DNA of 64,000 nucleotides, taken from NCBI GenBank assembly GCA_017404385.1, contig JAFRCK010000022.1:10674-74673 (forward strand), written 5' to 3'. The position numbers were made by a program, and so were the translations under genes. Under the pieces are notes generated by a model that saw only the letters and a list, made by a program, of their open reading frames with translations, ran no database searches and was not told the DNA's origin. Within the stretch, counting starts at the first letter, position 1; each line of letters starts with the position of its first letter. The DNA is from Bacilli bacterium. Its GTDB lineage: Bacteria > Bacillota_I > Bacilli_A > RF39 > UBA660. This document shows, piece after piece, positions 8,906 through 19,094 of the stretch.

Positions 8906-10140
8906 AATTTTATGATGAATTAAAATGGAGAGGTTTAATAAAAGATGAAGCAGGTGAAGATTTAGAAGAAAAACTAAATAATGGAGGATTAACTTTTTAT
9001 ATAGGCGCTGATCCTTCTGCTGATAGCTTACATATTGGTCAATTTCCTACATTTTTAGTTGCTGAAAGGTTAAGAAGAGCGGGCCATAAACCAATTATCT
9101 TAGTAGGAGGAGCTACAGGAAGAGTAGGAGATCCAAGAGGAACTAAGGAAAGAGAAAAATCAGATGAGAAAGTAGTAGATAATAATTTTGAAAAGATTAA
9201 AGCTCAAATGAAAAAACTATTTGGTAAAGAAACACCAGTATTAAATAATTATGATTGGTTTAAAAATTATAATTATGTTGATTTTTTAAGAGATGTTGGT
9301 AAATATGTAAATGTCGCTTATATGATTAATAAAGATTTAGTTAAAAGACAAATGGAATCTGGTATTTCTTATGCAGAGTTTTCATATATGCTAATGCAAG
9401 GATATGATTTTAAACATATATTTGAAGAATATGGTGCTACTTTACAATTTGGTGGTTCTGATCAATGGGGTAATCTAACAACAGGCATAGAATTAATTAG
9501 AAAACTAAATAATAAAGAAGTATATGCTTTTTCAGTACCATTAACAGTTGATTCTACTGGTAAAAAATTAGGTAAAAGTGAAGGTAATGCTTTATGGCTT
9601 GATAAAAATAAAACATCTAGTTATGAAATGTATCAATATTTATTAAACTTTGAAGATTCTATGATTGAAGAATATCTTAAAAAATACACATTCTTAACAA
9701 AAGAAGAAATAGAAAATATTATGAAAGAACAAAATGAACATCCAGAAACTAGAATAGCTCAAAAGACTTTAGCTAAAGAAGTAATAACATTTATCCATGA
9801 TGAAGATAGTTATAATTCAGCTGTTAAAATAAGTGAAGCTTTATTTAGTGGAAATATTAAAGATTTAAGTGAAGAAGAATTAAAAGACGCTATGAGCGGT
9901 GTTGATACTTATACTATTGATACTGAACTTAATTTAGTTGATACATTAGTATCTACTGGTATTTTATCTAGTAAAAGAGAAGCAAGAGAATTTATAACAA
10001 ATGGTTCTATTAGTGTTAATGGAGAAAAGATTACTGATTTAGAATATCTTGTAAATAAATCTAATGCATTATATAATAAATATATAGTTATTAGAAGAGG
10101 TAAAAAGAAATATTATCTAGTTACTATTAAGGAGGAATAA
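8902..10140 (+). CDS. tyrS: tyrosine--tRNA ligase
   Basis: Class I motifs SLHIGQ (HIGH) and KLGKS (KMSKS), plus a C-terminal S4-like domain. Preceded by the T-box leader. Confidence 0.9.
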   Translation: MKFYDELKWRGLIKDEAGEDLEEKLNNGGLTFYIGADPSADSLHIGQFPTFLVAERLRRAGHKPIILVGGATGRVGDPRGTKEREKSDEKVVDNNFEKIKAQMKKLFGKETPVLNNYDWFKNYNYVDFLRDVGKYVNVAYMINKDLVKRQMESGISYAEFSYMLMQGYDFKHIFEEYGATLQFGGSDQWGNLTTGIELIRKLNNKEVYAFSVPLTVDSTGKKLGKSEGNALWLDKNKTSSYEMYQYLLNFEDSMIEEYLKKYTFLTKEEIENIMKEQNEHPETRIAQKTLAKEVITFIHDEDSYNSAVKISEALFSGNIKDLSEEELKDAMSGVDTYTIDTELNLVDTLVSTGILSSKREAREFITNGSISVNGEKITDLEYLVNKSNALYNKYIVIRRGKKKYYLVTIKEE

Positions 10141-10142
10141 AA

Positions 10143-10517
10143 ATGGCTTATTTATCTAAAGAAAAAGATATAGTTTTAAGAGTTATTAATTCAATATTAA
10201 TAATGGGGATAGTAGTATCAATTATATTATTAACCGCAACAGGTATAAAAATAATTAATAAAGAAAAAATAGGAACATATGAAGAATATGCTAAAGAAGT
10301 ATGTACTATTGATAAACTAGAATATGAATGCGCAGATGAAGATTGTATTAAAGATTTAGATAAAGAAAGAAAAAAGATCTGTACAAATTATTATCTAGAA
10401 GATAAAAAAGAAAAAGAAGAAATAAATAAATCTAATAGAAATAATTTTCTTGTATTTTTAGGTTCTACTGTTGTTTTATTTGTTGCTTTACGTTTATTAA
10501 ATAGAAAACATAAATAA
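10143..10517 (+). CDS. small two-TM membrane protein
   Basis: Hydrophobic helices near both ends with a Cys/charged middle. No family recognised. Confidence 0.4.
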   Translation: MAYLSKEKDIVLRVINSILIMGIVVSIILLTATGIKIINKEKIGTYEEYAKEVCTIDKLEYECADEDCIKDLDKERKKICTNYYLEDKKEKEEINKSNRNNFLVFLGSTVVLFVALRLLNRKHK

Positions 10518-10541
10518 TCACTTCTAATGAAGTGATTTTTC
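10517..10541 (+). terminator. rho-independent terminator
   Basis: ATCACTTC-TAAT-GAAGTGAT followed by TTTTT. Confidence 0.7.
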
Positions 10542-10576
10542 TTTTATTTGTGATAAAATAAGGTTAGGTGGTTTTT

Positions 10577-11209
10577 ATGCAGATAGAGATTGACGGAATT
10601 ATATATGATGTAATAATAGAAAAAAAACATATTAAAAATACTTATTTAAGAGTAAAAGAAGATTTAAATATATATGTAACTACATCAAATTTAACACCAA
10701 ATTATCTTATTAAAAAATTTGTAAATGATAATATAAGTTTTATAAGAAAACAAGTAAATAAACAAGAAAAAAGATTAGAAAAGAAACTAGATTATTATTA
10801 TCTAGGAGAAATAATAAATATAGATATTAATACCTCAAACAGGATTAAATTTGAAAACAATACTTTATATGTAAAAACTAAAAGTGATATTGAAAAATGG
10901 TATAAAAAACAAATGAAATTAGTATTCAAAGAACATCTTGATAATATATATAATCGTTTTACAGAGAATGTTCCATACCCAAGTTTAACAATTAGAAAGA
11001 TGTCTACTAGATGGGGTGTATGTAATAAGAAGTTAAAAAAGGTGACATTAAATAGTGAATTAATATATAAGAAACCAGAATATTTAGATTACGTTATTGT
11101 ACATGAGTTATCTCATTTTATACATTTTGATCATGGTAAGGGATTTTGGAAATTAGTTTCAGAAAATGAACCAGATTATAAGAGATTAAGAAAGGAATTA
11201 CAAGAATGA
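10577..11209 (+). CDS. YgjP-like (DUF45) metal-dependent hydrolase
   Basis: RWGVCN and the zinc motif VHELSHFIHFDH near the C-terminus. The ATG at 10577 follows AGGTG. Confidence 0.65.
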   Translation: MQIEIDGIIYDVIIEKKHIKNTYLRVKEDLNIYVTTSNLTPNYLIKKFVNDNISFIRKQVNKQEKRLEKKLDYYYLGEIINIDINTSNRIKFENNTLYVKTKSDIEKWYKKQMKLVFKEHLDNIYNRFTENVPYPSLTIRKMSTRWGVCNKKLKKVTLNSELIYKKPEYLDYVIVHELSHFIHFDHGKGFWKLVSENEPDYKRLRKELQE

Positions 11210-12003
11210 AAGAATTATTAATAAGTTTGGGTTATTCAGAAGAAGATTATGAATTATTTAAAAATAATTATGCATTATCTAATTATAAAGAAGAAACATT
11301 AAAAGAAAAAATAATTAAAAATTATGAGTTTTTAGTAAGTGTAGGATATACTAAAGAAGAAGTAATAAAAATTACAAAATCGTTACCACCAATCTATAGT
11401 TATTCGATAGAAAAAATAAAACAAAAGATAGAAGATATAATTGCTTTAGGATATACTAAAGAAGAAGTAATAAAAATGACAAAATCGTTACCACAAATCT
11501 ATGGTTATTCAAAAGAAAATATGAAACAAAAGATAGAAGATATGATTGCTTTAGGATATACTGAAGAAGAAGTAATAAAAATGACAAAATCGTTTACATC
11601 AATCTATAGTTTATCAAAAAAAAATATAAAACAAAAGATAGAAGATATGATTGCTTTAGGATATACGAAAGAAGAAGTAATAAAAATGACAAAATCGTTA
11701 CCAACAATCTATGGTTTATCAATAGAAAATATGAAACAAAAGATAGATTTTTATGATTCGATAGGCTTACACGAACTACTAGTAGTTGATGCAAAACAAT
11801 TAATGCAAAGTACAGTGTTAAGTTATGCTAGATATATGTTTTATAAAGATAAAGGAATAACTATAGATATGAATAATTATAGAAAATTATTTATTAATAA
11901 TAAAAGTTTTGAAAAGGCATATGGGATCACTAAAGAAGAATTACTAAAAAAATATGATTATAATAAATATATAGAAAAAAAAGAATTTGGAGGGTTAAAA
12001 TGA
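11206..12003 (+). CDS. mTERF-like repeat protein 1
   Basis: Four or more 35-aa repeats of the form ALGYTKEEVIKMTKSLPQIYGYSKENMKQKIEDMI, matching the mTERF repeat pattern (L-G-x-s...P-x-I/L...S-x-e-n...). Start overlaps the upstream stop (ATGA). Confidence 0.55.
   Translation: MKELLISLGYSEEDYELFKNNYALSNYKEETLKEKIIKNYEFLVSVGYTKEEVIKITKSLPPIYSYSIEKIKQKIEDIIALGYTKEEVIKMTKSLPQIYGYSKENMKQKIEDMIALGYTEEEVIKMTKSFTSIYSLSKKNIKQKIEDMIALGYTKEEVIKMTKSLPTIYGLSIENMKQKIDFYDSIGLHELLVVDAKQLMQSTVLSYARYMFYKDKGITIDMNNYRKLFINNKSFEKAYGITKEELLKKYDYNKYIEKKEFGGLK
11338..11757 (+). repeat. four tandem 105-bp coding repeats
   Basis: Unit starts at 11338, 11443, 11548 and 11653. Copies 2-4 are nearly identical at the DNA level (GCTTTAGGATATAC...AAACAAAAGATAGAAGATATGATT). 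Confidence 0.85.
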
Positions 12004-12395
12004 TAGAACTATATAGTATAGGAATAAGTGAAGAAACTATAAAAAATATGTTAGAAGTTAATCCTGAAATAAAAGATTTGTCTGAAAAAGAAATAAAAGA
12101 AAAAGTGTTGATTTTAGAAAAATTTGGTTGTTTTAATGATCAAATAATTAATATAATAAGCAGCAATCCAACCTTTCTAAGTAGGACAAAAGGAGAAATA
12201 CTGAATTTAGTTAAAACTCTAGTAGATTATAAATTTAGAACATTAAATATTTTGTTAGATTCAAATCCTTATATCTTAAATTTAGATCCATTTGAAATAA
12301 AAAATTATATTGAAAAAAGAGTTGAACAAGGTGAACTATTAGAGGATGTAATTGATGATTTAGATTCAAATCCAATTTTATTTAATGAAATGTAG
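12000..12395 (+). CDS. mTERF-like repeat protein 2 (short)
   Basis: Divergent repeats of the same type (FGCFNDQIINIISSNPTFLSRTKGEILNLV). Overlapping ATGA start. Confidence 0.45.
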   Translation: MIELYSIGISEETIKNMLEVNPEIKDLSEKEIKEKVLILEKFGCFNDQIINIISSNPTFLSRTKGEILNLVKTLVDYKFRTLNILLDSNPYILNLDPFEIKNYIEKRVEQGELLEDVIDDLDSNPILFNEM

Positions 12396-12403
12396 GTGAT
12401 TAT

Positions 12404-13528
12404 ATGATTCAAGAGTCAGTTAAAATAAAGAATTTGTTTTTATCATTAGGATATAAAGAGGAAGAATATAAAAGAGTGATAGAAACAATGGATATTAATG
12501 AGAATAATGAAGAAAGAGTAATAGAAAGAGTTAAAGAAATATATAAATATTTATTAAAGAATTATACTAAAGAAGAAATAATTAAAATGACTAATGCATT
12601 ACCTTCAATCTTTTTATACAAAATTGATAATTTAGAACAAAAAATAAATAATTTAATTTCTTTAGGATATAGTAAAAATGATATTATTAATATGACTAAA
12701 TCATTTCCATCTGCATTAACTCATTCGGTTGATAATATTAAGCAAAAAATAGAAGATATGGTATCTTTAGGTTTTGATAAGGAAGAAGTAATTAAAATTA
12801 CAAAAAATAATCCTTCAGTTTTTATATATTCAATAGATAGTATCAAACAAAAGATAAATGATATTTCTGATTTAGGATATACAAAAGAGGAAACTGTTAA
12901 GATGTTAAAATCATTTCCATCTATATTTGGTTACTCGATAGATAATATTAAGCAAAAAATAGAAGATATGATATCTTTAGGGTACTCTAAAAAAGAAGTA
13001 ATAAAAATGACAAATTCTACACCAACAATATTTGGTTATTCAATTGTTAATATTAGTAAAAAAATAGAAGATATGATATTTTTAGGGTATACAAAAGAAG
13101 AGGTAATAAAAATAACTGTTTTCTTTCCAAAAATATTTGGTTCATCAATAGATAGCATTAAGCAAAAAATAGATGAGATTATGTCTTTAGGTTATAGTAA
13201 GGAAGAAACTATTACTATGACTAAATCATTACCTTCAATTTTTACTATGTCTATAGAAAGTATTAAAGAAAAAATAAAGTTTTATGATTCTATAGATATG
13301 CATGATTTAGCAGTTGTTGCTCCAAAAGAATTAATGCAAAGTACTCAATTAAGTTATGCTAGATATATGTTTTATAGAGATAAAGAAATAAAAATAGATA
13401 TGTCAAACTATACTAAACTTTTTATTCGTAACAAGAAATTTGAAAAACAATACGGAATAAAAAAAGAGGAACTATTATCAAAATATAGTTATCTAGGTGA
13501 AATAGAAGGATTCGGAGGATTAAAATGA
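12404..13528 (+). CDS. mTERF-like repeat protein 3
   Basis: About eight 35-36-aa repeats (SLGYSKKEVIKMTNSTPTIFGYSIVNISKKIEDMI). The C-terminal 90 aa are homologous to the C-terminus of the ORF at 11206. Confidence 0.55.
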   Translation: MIQESVKIKNLFLSLGYKEEEYKRVIETMDINENNEERVIERVKEIYKYLLKNYTKEEIIKMTNALPSIFLYKIDNLEQKINNLISLGYSKNDIINMTKSFPSALTHSVDNIKQKIEDMVSLGFDKEEVIKITKNNPSVFIYSIDSIKQKINDISDLGYTKEETVKMLKSFPSIFGYSIDNIKQKIEDMISLGYSKKEVIKMTNSTPTIFGYSIVNISKKIEDMIFLGYTKEEVIKITVFFPKIFGSSIDSIKQKIDEIMSLGYSKEETITMTKSLPSIFTMSIESIKEKIKFYDSIDMHDLAVVAPKELMQSTQLSYARYMFYRDKEIKIDMSNYTKLFIRNKKFEKQYGIKKEELLSKYSYLGEIEGFGGLK

Positions 13529-14250
13529 TAATAGAATCTGTTGATAATAAAAAGATTAAAGAATATAGAAAGTTAAAAGAAAAGAAATATAGAGAGAGTG
13601 AAAAGTTATTTCTAGTTGAGGGAGAACATCTTGTTCTTGAAGCATATAAATCTGACTTACTAAAAGAAATAATTCTATGTGAAAGAGATATTGATTTAGA
13701 AGTAGAAAAAGTATATGTTACTGAAAAAGTAATGAATACTATTAGTGAACTACCTTCTAAAGTAGATATAATTGGTGTTTGTGAAATTAAGTTTAATGAA
13801 TTAGATTTAAATAGTCCTGTTATGATTCTTGATGGTGTACAAGATCCAGGGAATTTAGGAGCGATTATAAGATCAGCAGTTGCGTTTAATATAAAGAATA
13901 TAGTACTTAGTAAAAATACAGTGGATTTATATAACACTAAAGCACTTAGAAGTGCTCAAGGTATGAATTTTCATCTTAATATAGTTAGAGACGATTTAGT
14001 AAAAGTTATTAATTTATTAAAAGAAAACAACTATACTGTTTATGGTACTGATGTAGTTGACGGAATAGATGTAAAAAATGTGGAAAATGATAGGAAATAT
14101 GCTATAATAATGGGTAATGAAGGAAATGGCATCAGTGAAGAAGTAAAAAAATTAGTAGATAAAAATATATATATTAAAATGAATGAAAACTGTGAAAGTT
14201 TAAATGTATCTGTTTCTGCATCCATTATTATGTATGAATTAAATAAGTAG
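13525..14250 (+). CDS. TrmH/SpoU-family RNA 2'-O-methyltransferase
   Basis: Motifs GVQDPGNLGAIIRSA, IMGNEGNGIS and ESLNVSVSASIIMYE. Confidence 0.8.
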   Translation: MIIESVDNKKIKEYRKLKEKKYRESEKLFLVEGEHLVLEAYKSDLLKEIILCERDIDLEVEKVYVTEKVMNTISELPSKVDIIGVCEIKFNELDLNSPVMILDGVQDPGNLGAIIRSAVAFNIKNIVLSKNTVDLYNTKALRSAQGMNFHLNIVRDDLVKVINLLKENNYTVYGTDVVDGIDVKNVENDRKYAIIMGNEGNGISEEVKKLVDKNIYIKMNENCESLNVSVSASIIMYELNK

Positions 14251-14258
14251 GTGATTCT

Positions 14259-14735
14259 ATGGAATTTATAAATATTGGTAAAATTGTTAATACACATGGT
14301 ATTAAGGGTGAACTTAGAATACTATCTGATTTTAGACATAAAGATAAAGTATTTAAAGTTGGTATGAAATTTTATGTTGGTAGAGAAAAAGAAGAGTTTA
14401 TTGTTAATAGTTATAGATTCCATAAGATATTTGATATGGTTACCTTTAAAGGATTTAATAATATAAATGATGTTTTATATTTAAAAGGTAGACAAGTTTT
14501 TATAAATAAAGAAGATTTAGTTTTAGATGATGGAGAAATATATATAGAAGATTTAATTGGTTATGAAGTTTTTATTGGAGATAAAAATATTGGAAAAGTT
14601 ACTGATATAATTTTTAATCCAAAAGCTAATGATGTATTAAAAGTTGGAGATATATTAATTCCATACGTTAAAAATTTAATTATAAAAATAGAAGATAATA
14701 AAATTTACTATACTGAGATTGGGGGTCTAGTATAA
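14259..14735 (+). CDS. rimM: 16S rRNA processing protein RimM
   Basis: [17 protein letters not shown]-terminus, and its position directly upstream of trmD. Confidence 0.8.
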   Translation: MEFINIGKIVNTHGIKGELRILSDFRHKDKVFKVGMKFYVGREKEEFIVNSYRFHKIFDMVTFKGFNNINDVLYLKGRQVFINKEDLVLDDGEIYIEDLIGYEVFIGDKNIGKVTDIIFNPKANDVLKVGDILIPYVKNLIIKIEDNKIYYTEIGGLV

Positions 14736-15829
14736 TGTTAAAGATAAATATATTAACTCTTTTTCCAAATATGTTTGATGGTTTTTTAACTGAATCAATC
14801 ATTAAAAGAGCAATTGATCAAGATAAAGTAAAAATTAATATAAAAAATCTTAGAGATTATGCCAATAATAAACATAATCAAGTAGATGATACCCCATATG
14901 GTGGAGGAGCAGGTATGGTTCTTAAATGTGAACCAGTATTTGAGGCAGTAGAAGACTTAAAGAAAAAAAATAGTAAAGTAATATTAATGACTCCACAAGG
15001 TAAACAGTTTACTCAAGAAATGGCTAAAGATCTTAGTAAGGAAAAGGATTTGATTTTAATATGTGGTCATTATGAAGGATTTGATGAAAGAATTGAATCT
15101 ATTGTAGATGAAGAATTATCTATTGGAGATTATATTTTAACTGGTGGAGAATTACCATCTATGGTTATAACTGATTCAATAACAAGACTAATCCCAGGTG
15201 TAATAGAAAATGAGTCTAAGGAAAATGAATCATTTACAGATAATCTTCTTGATTATCCTACTTATACTAAACCAAGAGAATATAGAGGTATGAAAGTACC
15301 TGATGTATTATTATCTGGCGATCATAAAAAGATAGAAGAGTGGAGAAAAGAAGAACAAGTTAAAAAAACAAAAGAAAAAAGACCGGATTTAATAAAAAAT
15401 AGAGTTAGAAAAGTTATTGGTAAGTATTCATTAATGGATGATACTGCTAATAAAAAAATGATTAATATAAATATAGATGGGGCATATAAATTTAAACCTA
15501 AAAAATATGATGTTAATAAGGTTATGCTTGTTGAACCATCATTTGTAAATAAAATAGCTAAAAAGAATTTACAAAAGAAATTAGATACATTAATGAAACA
15601 AGTTGAAATTGTTTTAAATGACGAAACTGATGATGAAGGTGGAAATTATGTATTTGGTGAAATAGATAGAATGCAAGGACTAATTATTACTTTATATGCT
15701 CAATATTTAGAACCAGAATATTTATCATTAGTTATGATGAAATTAGATGCATTAAAAAAAGAAATAGCTATTAAAGAAGTAGAAAGAATAGAAACAGTAA
15801 ATTATAATAAAAAGGGAAGGAGTAGATAA
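14735..15829 (+). CDS. trmD: tRNA (guanine37-N1)-methyltransferase with about 125-aa C-terminal extension
   Basis: [31 protein letters not shown] and [12 protein letters not shown]. The canonical end (KEKRPDLI) falls near aa 225, but the ORF continues to aa 364. Confidence 0.85.
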   Translation: MLKINILTLFPNMFDGFLTESIIKRAIDQDKVKINIKNLRDYANNKHNQVDDTPYGGGAGMVLKCEPVFEAVEDLKKKNSKVILMTPQGKQFTQEMAKDLSKEKDLILICGHYEGFDERIESIVDEELSIGDYILTGGELPSMVITDSITRLIPGVIENESKENESFTDNLLDYPTYTKPREYRGMKVPDVLLSGDHKKIEEWRKEEQVKKTKEKRPDLIKNRVRKVIGKYSLMDDTANKKMININIDGAYKFKPKKYDVNKVMLVEPSFVNKIAKKNLQKKLDTLMKQVEIVLNDETDDEGGNYVFGEIDRMQGLIITLYAQYLEPEYLSLVMMKLDALKKEIAIKEVERIETVNYNKKGRSR

Positions 15830-15830
15830 T

Positions 15831-16871
15831 ATGGGTAATATTATTTTAACTGGAGATAGACCAACAGGGAAGTTACATTTAGGTCATTATATAGGTTCAT
15901 TAAAAAATAGAGTAAGAATGCAAAATGAAGGAAATTATGATGAAATGTATGTTATGATTGCGGATGCTCAAGCTCTAACTGATAATTTTGATAATCCAAA
16001 AAAAATACAAGATAATTTACATGAAGTAATATTAGATTATTTAAGTGTAGGATTAGATCCAAATAAAGTAACATTTTTTATTCAATCAGAAGTTGATGAA
16101 TTAACAACATTAACATATTATTATATGAATCTTGTTACAGTATCTAGATTACAAAGAAATCCAACTATTAAGACAGAAATAGTTCAAAGAGGTTTTGAAA
16201 AAAGTGTTCCAGTAGGATTTTTAAATTATCCAGTTAGTCAAGCTGCGGATATAACTGCTTTTAAAGCAAATCTTATTCCGGTAGGTAATGATCAATTACC
16301 ACTATTAGAACAAACTAATGAAGTAGTTAGATCATTTAATAGAATATATGGTGATACTTTAGTAGAATGTGAAGCAATTCTTTCTGAAAAGGAAATTGAA
16401 CAAAGACTTCCAGGTTTAGATGGAAGTGCTAAAATGAGTAAAAGTTTAGGTAATTGTATATATTTATCTGATACTAGTGAAGAAGTTCATAAAAAAGTAA
16501 TGAGTATGTATACTGACCCAGATCATATTAATATAGAAGATAAGGGTAAAATTGAAGGTAACATGGTATTTACTTATTTAGATGCATTTAGTAATGATGA
16601 ACAAATAAGTAAATATTCTGAATTTAGTTCACTTGATGAAATGAAGAATAAATATAAATCAGGTGGGCTTGGTGATGTTAAAATTAAAAAAGTTTTATAC
16701 GAAGTATTGGAAGAATTATTGACTCCAATTAGAGAAAAAAGAAAATACTATGAAGAACATATGAATGAAGTAAATACTATTTTAAAAGAAGGTACTATTA
16801 AGGCAAAATCAAGAGCTAACAAAACATTAAAAGAAGTTAAGAAAGCTATAGGTATTGATTATTTTGAATAA
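15831..16871 (+). CDS. trpS: tryptophan--tRNA ligase
   Basis: TGKLHLGHYIGS (HIGH region) and AKMSKS. About 346 aa. Confidence 0.85.
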   Translation: MGNIILTGDRPTGKLHLGHYIGSLKNRVRMQNEGNYDEMYVMIADAQALTDNFDNPKKIQDNLHEVILDYLSVGLDPNKVTFFIQSEVDELTTLTYYYMNLVTVSRLQRNPTIKTEIVQRGFEKSVPVGFLNYPVSQAADITAFKANLIPVGNDQLPLLEQTNEVVRSFNRIYGDTLVECEAILSEKEIEQRLPGLDGSAKMSKSLGNCIYLSDTSEEVHKKVMSMYTDPDHINIEDKGKIEGNMVFTYLDAFSNDEQISKYSEFSSLDEMKNKYKSGGLGDVKIKKVLYEVLEELLTPIREKRKYYEEHMNEVNTILKEGTIKAKSRANKTLKEVKKAIGIDYFE

Positions 16872-17910
16872 AGTTAGTGTTATAGTACCAGTATATAATG
16901 CAGAAAAGTATTTACCAAAAACCCTTAATAGTATTATTAATCAAACATATAAAAATTTAGAAATAATTATTATAGATGATTGTTCTACAGATGATTCTAA
17001 AAAATTAATTAAATCTTATGCATCAAAAGATGATAGAATAAGACCTATTTATAGTGAAATAAATCAAGGTGTTAGTAAATCTAGAAATATGGGTTTAAAA
17101 ACATTCACAGGTGATTTTGTGTTATTTGTGGATTCAGATGATATATTAACAAAAGACGCTATAGAAATAATGGTTGATAGAGCTGAAAAATATGATGGTG
17201 ACGTTATAGATAGTTATCATCTAGTAGTATTCGAAGATAAGGGTAAAAAATATTTCTTTACTGAAGGTAAAATACCTAAAGAAGATTTAGTAATGGGCTC
17301 TTTGGAAGATAATTTAGAAGTTCTTAATAAAGCAACTTATATAACTGGTAAAATAATAAAAAAAGAATTGGTAGATGGTTTATATTTTGATGAATCATTA
17401 AGTAGATATGAAGATATGTTATTTGAACATCAAATTAAATTAAGATTAAAGAATATGATATTTTTAAATACAATAGTTTATTATTATGTTCAAGTATCTG
17501 GTTCATTAATAAATACTTTAGGTGAAAAACATAAAGCATATTTAGATTCAGCTAAAGAAATAATGAATAATTATAGTAAATCTAGTAAAAAGATTAGAGA
17601 TAAAATGGAAAGTATACTTGTTACTAATGCATTTTTAACAGGTATTACTAAAGTAATTAAAAATGATAAAAGTATTATAGAAAATACTAATATATTAATA
17701 GATTATTTAAAAAGAATTGATGAAGTATTTCCAAAATGGAAAGATAATAATGAAATAAGCATATTTATTAAAAAGGGTATAATTAAATATCAAAATGAAG
17801 AAAAAGCATATAAATTAGTTAAAAAGACTAGTAAAAAGAATTTTATTAAGATATATTTTAAATTTATGGCATTTAAGAATAAATATAAGGGTGATAGATA
17901 TACAGATTAG
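16855..17910 (+). CDS. family 2 glycosyltransferase
   Basis: VSVIVPVYNAEKYL, IIIDDCSTDDS and FVDSDD. Start is uncertain (TTG at 16855 or 16864); it overlaps the trpS end. Confidence 0.75.
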   Translation: MIILNKVSVIVPVYNAEKYLPKTLNSIINQTYKNLEIIIIDDCSTDDSKKLIKSYASKDDRIRPIYSEINQGVSKSRNMGLKTFTGDFVLFVDSDDILTKDAIEIMVDRAEKYDGDVIDSYHLVVFEDKGKKYFFTEGKIPKEDLVMGSLEDNLEVLNKATYITGKIIKKELVDGLYFDESLSRYEDMLFEHQIKLRLKNMIFLNTIVYYYVQVSGSLINTLGEKHKAYLDSAKEIMNNYSKSSKKIRDKMESILVTNAFLTGITKVIKNDKSIIENTNILIDYLKRIDEVFPKWKDNNEISIFIKKGIIKYQNEEKAYKLVKKTSKKNFIKIYFKFMAFKNKYKGDRYTD

Positions 17911-17920
17911 TAAAAAACAG

Positions 17921-17949
17921 TTGATTTTTATATAATTTTATGATAATAT
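17921..17949 (+). promoter_or_regulatory. sigma-A-type promoter of rplS
   Basis: TTGATT-N17-TAATAT, with TG two bases upstream of the -10 (TGATAATAT). Confidence 0.5.
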
Positions 17950-17959
17950 TATAAACGTT

Positions 17960-18027
17960 GTGAAAAAAGCAATCCGCTTATCGTAATAATGATTGCTGGT
18001 TATATAATTAGGAAAGGAAGATATAGT
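17960..18027 (+). promoter_or_regulatory. possible L19 ribosomal-protein leader
   Basis: Hairpin GCAATC-N16-GATTGC (17969-17996) in the 5' UTR of rplS. An L19 autoregulatory leader is known in low-GC Gram-positives. Not verified by a covariance model. Confidence 0.35.
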
Positions 18028-18387
18028 ATGGATATTATTAGAGAAATCACAAAGAAACAAATCAATCCAAACGTTCCTGAATTTAGAGTAGGAGATACTT
18101 TAAAAGTAGACGTTAGAATTATTGAAGGAAACAAAGAAAGAATCCAAGCTTTTGAAGGTGTTTGTACTGAAAGAAAAGGATCTGGTGTTTCAGAAACTTT
18201 TACAGTTAGAAAAAAATCTTCAGGAATTGGTGTTGAAAGAATTTTTCCAGTTAATTCGCCAAAGATTGATAAGATTACAGTAGTTAGAAAAGGTAGAGTT
18301 AGAAGAGCTAAATTAAGATTCTTAAGAGATAAGATTGCTAACTACAGGATTAAAGAAAGAAATAAAAACGTTAAAGAAACAAAGTAA
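18028..18387 (+). CDS. rplS: 50S ribosomal protein L19
   Basis: [18 protein letters not shown] and [15 protein letters not shown]. The ATG at 18028 (MDIIREI) follows GGAAAGGAAG and gives the canonical length of about 119 aa. Confidence 0.9.
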   Translation: MDIIREITKKQINPNVPEFRVGDTLKVDVRIIEGNKERIQAFEGVCTERKGSGVSETFTVRKKSSGIGVERIFPVNSPKIDKITVVRKGRVRRAKLRFLRDKIANYRIKERNKNVKETK

Positions 18388-18389
18388 AG

Positions 18390-18412
18390 AACAAGTAAAT
18401 ACTTGTTTTTTT
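18390..18412 (+). terminator. rho-independent terminator
   Basis: AACAAGTA-AA-TACTTGTT followed by a T-run. Confidence 0.65.
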
Positions 18413-18461
18413 CTTGTAAAAAAATTAGTAGTATTATATAATTTTTATTGAGGTAATTAAA

Positions 18462-19046
18462 ATGGAAGAAAATAAAATTGTAATTAAACAACCAGAGCAA
18501 AAAAAACAAGTAGATAAAAAAAATAAAGTAATAAAAGAAATAATTAGTTATGCCTTGATAATACTTGTAGTAGTGGTTATAAGAATCTTTATATTTGAAC
18601 CAGTAAGAGTTGATGGTCCTTCAATGGATACTACACTTGCTGATGGACAAGTGTTAATTCTAAATAAGTTAAGATATAGAATGACTGATATAAGACGATA
18701 TGATATTGTTGTTGTGGATGTTGATGGAACAAGAATAATAAAAAGGGTAATAGGTTTACCAAATGAAGTAATAGAAATAAAAGATAATAAAGTTTATGCT
18801 GATGGTAAAGAATTAGATAATTCATTTGCATCTACTGTTTCAGCTGATTTTAAGATGAGTGATATAGGATTAGTAAAAGTGCCAGGTGATTCTTATATTG
18901 TAATGGGCGATAATAGAGCTATATCCCTAGATAGTAGAACACCAAAAGAGGGAGATAGTGGTATAGGCCCAGTAAAAAAAGATCAAATAATTGGTAGAGT
19001 AACTTTTAGAATTTGGCCATTAAATAAAATAGGTGTTGTAGATTAA
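18462..19046 (+). CDS. lepB: signal peptidase I
   Basis: N-terminal TM helix, GPSMDTTL (catalytic Ser box), KRVIGLPNE (Lys box) and GDNRAISLDSR. Confidence 0.85.
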   Translation: MEENKIVIKQPEQKKQVDKKNKVIKEIISYALIILVVVVIRIFIFEPVRVDGPSMDTTLADGQVLILNKLRYRMTDIRRYDIVVVDVDGTRIIKRVIGLPNEVIEIKDNKVYADGKELDNSFASTVSADFKMSDIGLVKVPGDSYIVMGDNRAISLDSRTPKEGDSGIGPVKKDQIIGRVTFRIWPLNKIGVVD

Positions 19047-19094
19047 CTACACATTTTTTTCTTTTATATGTTATAATTATAATAGAGGGATAAT

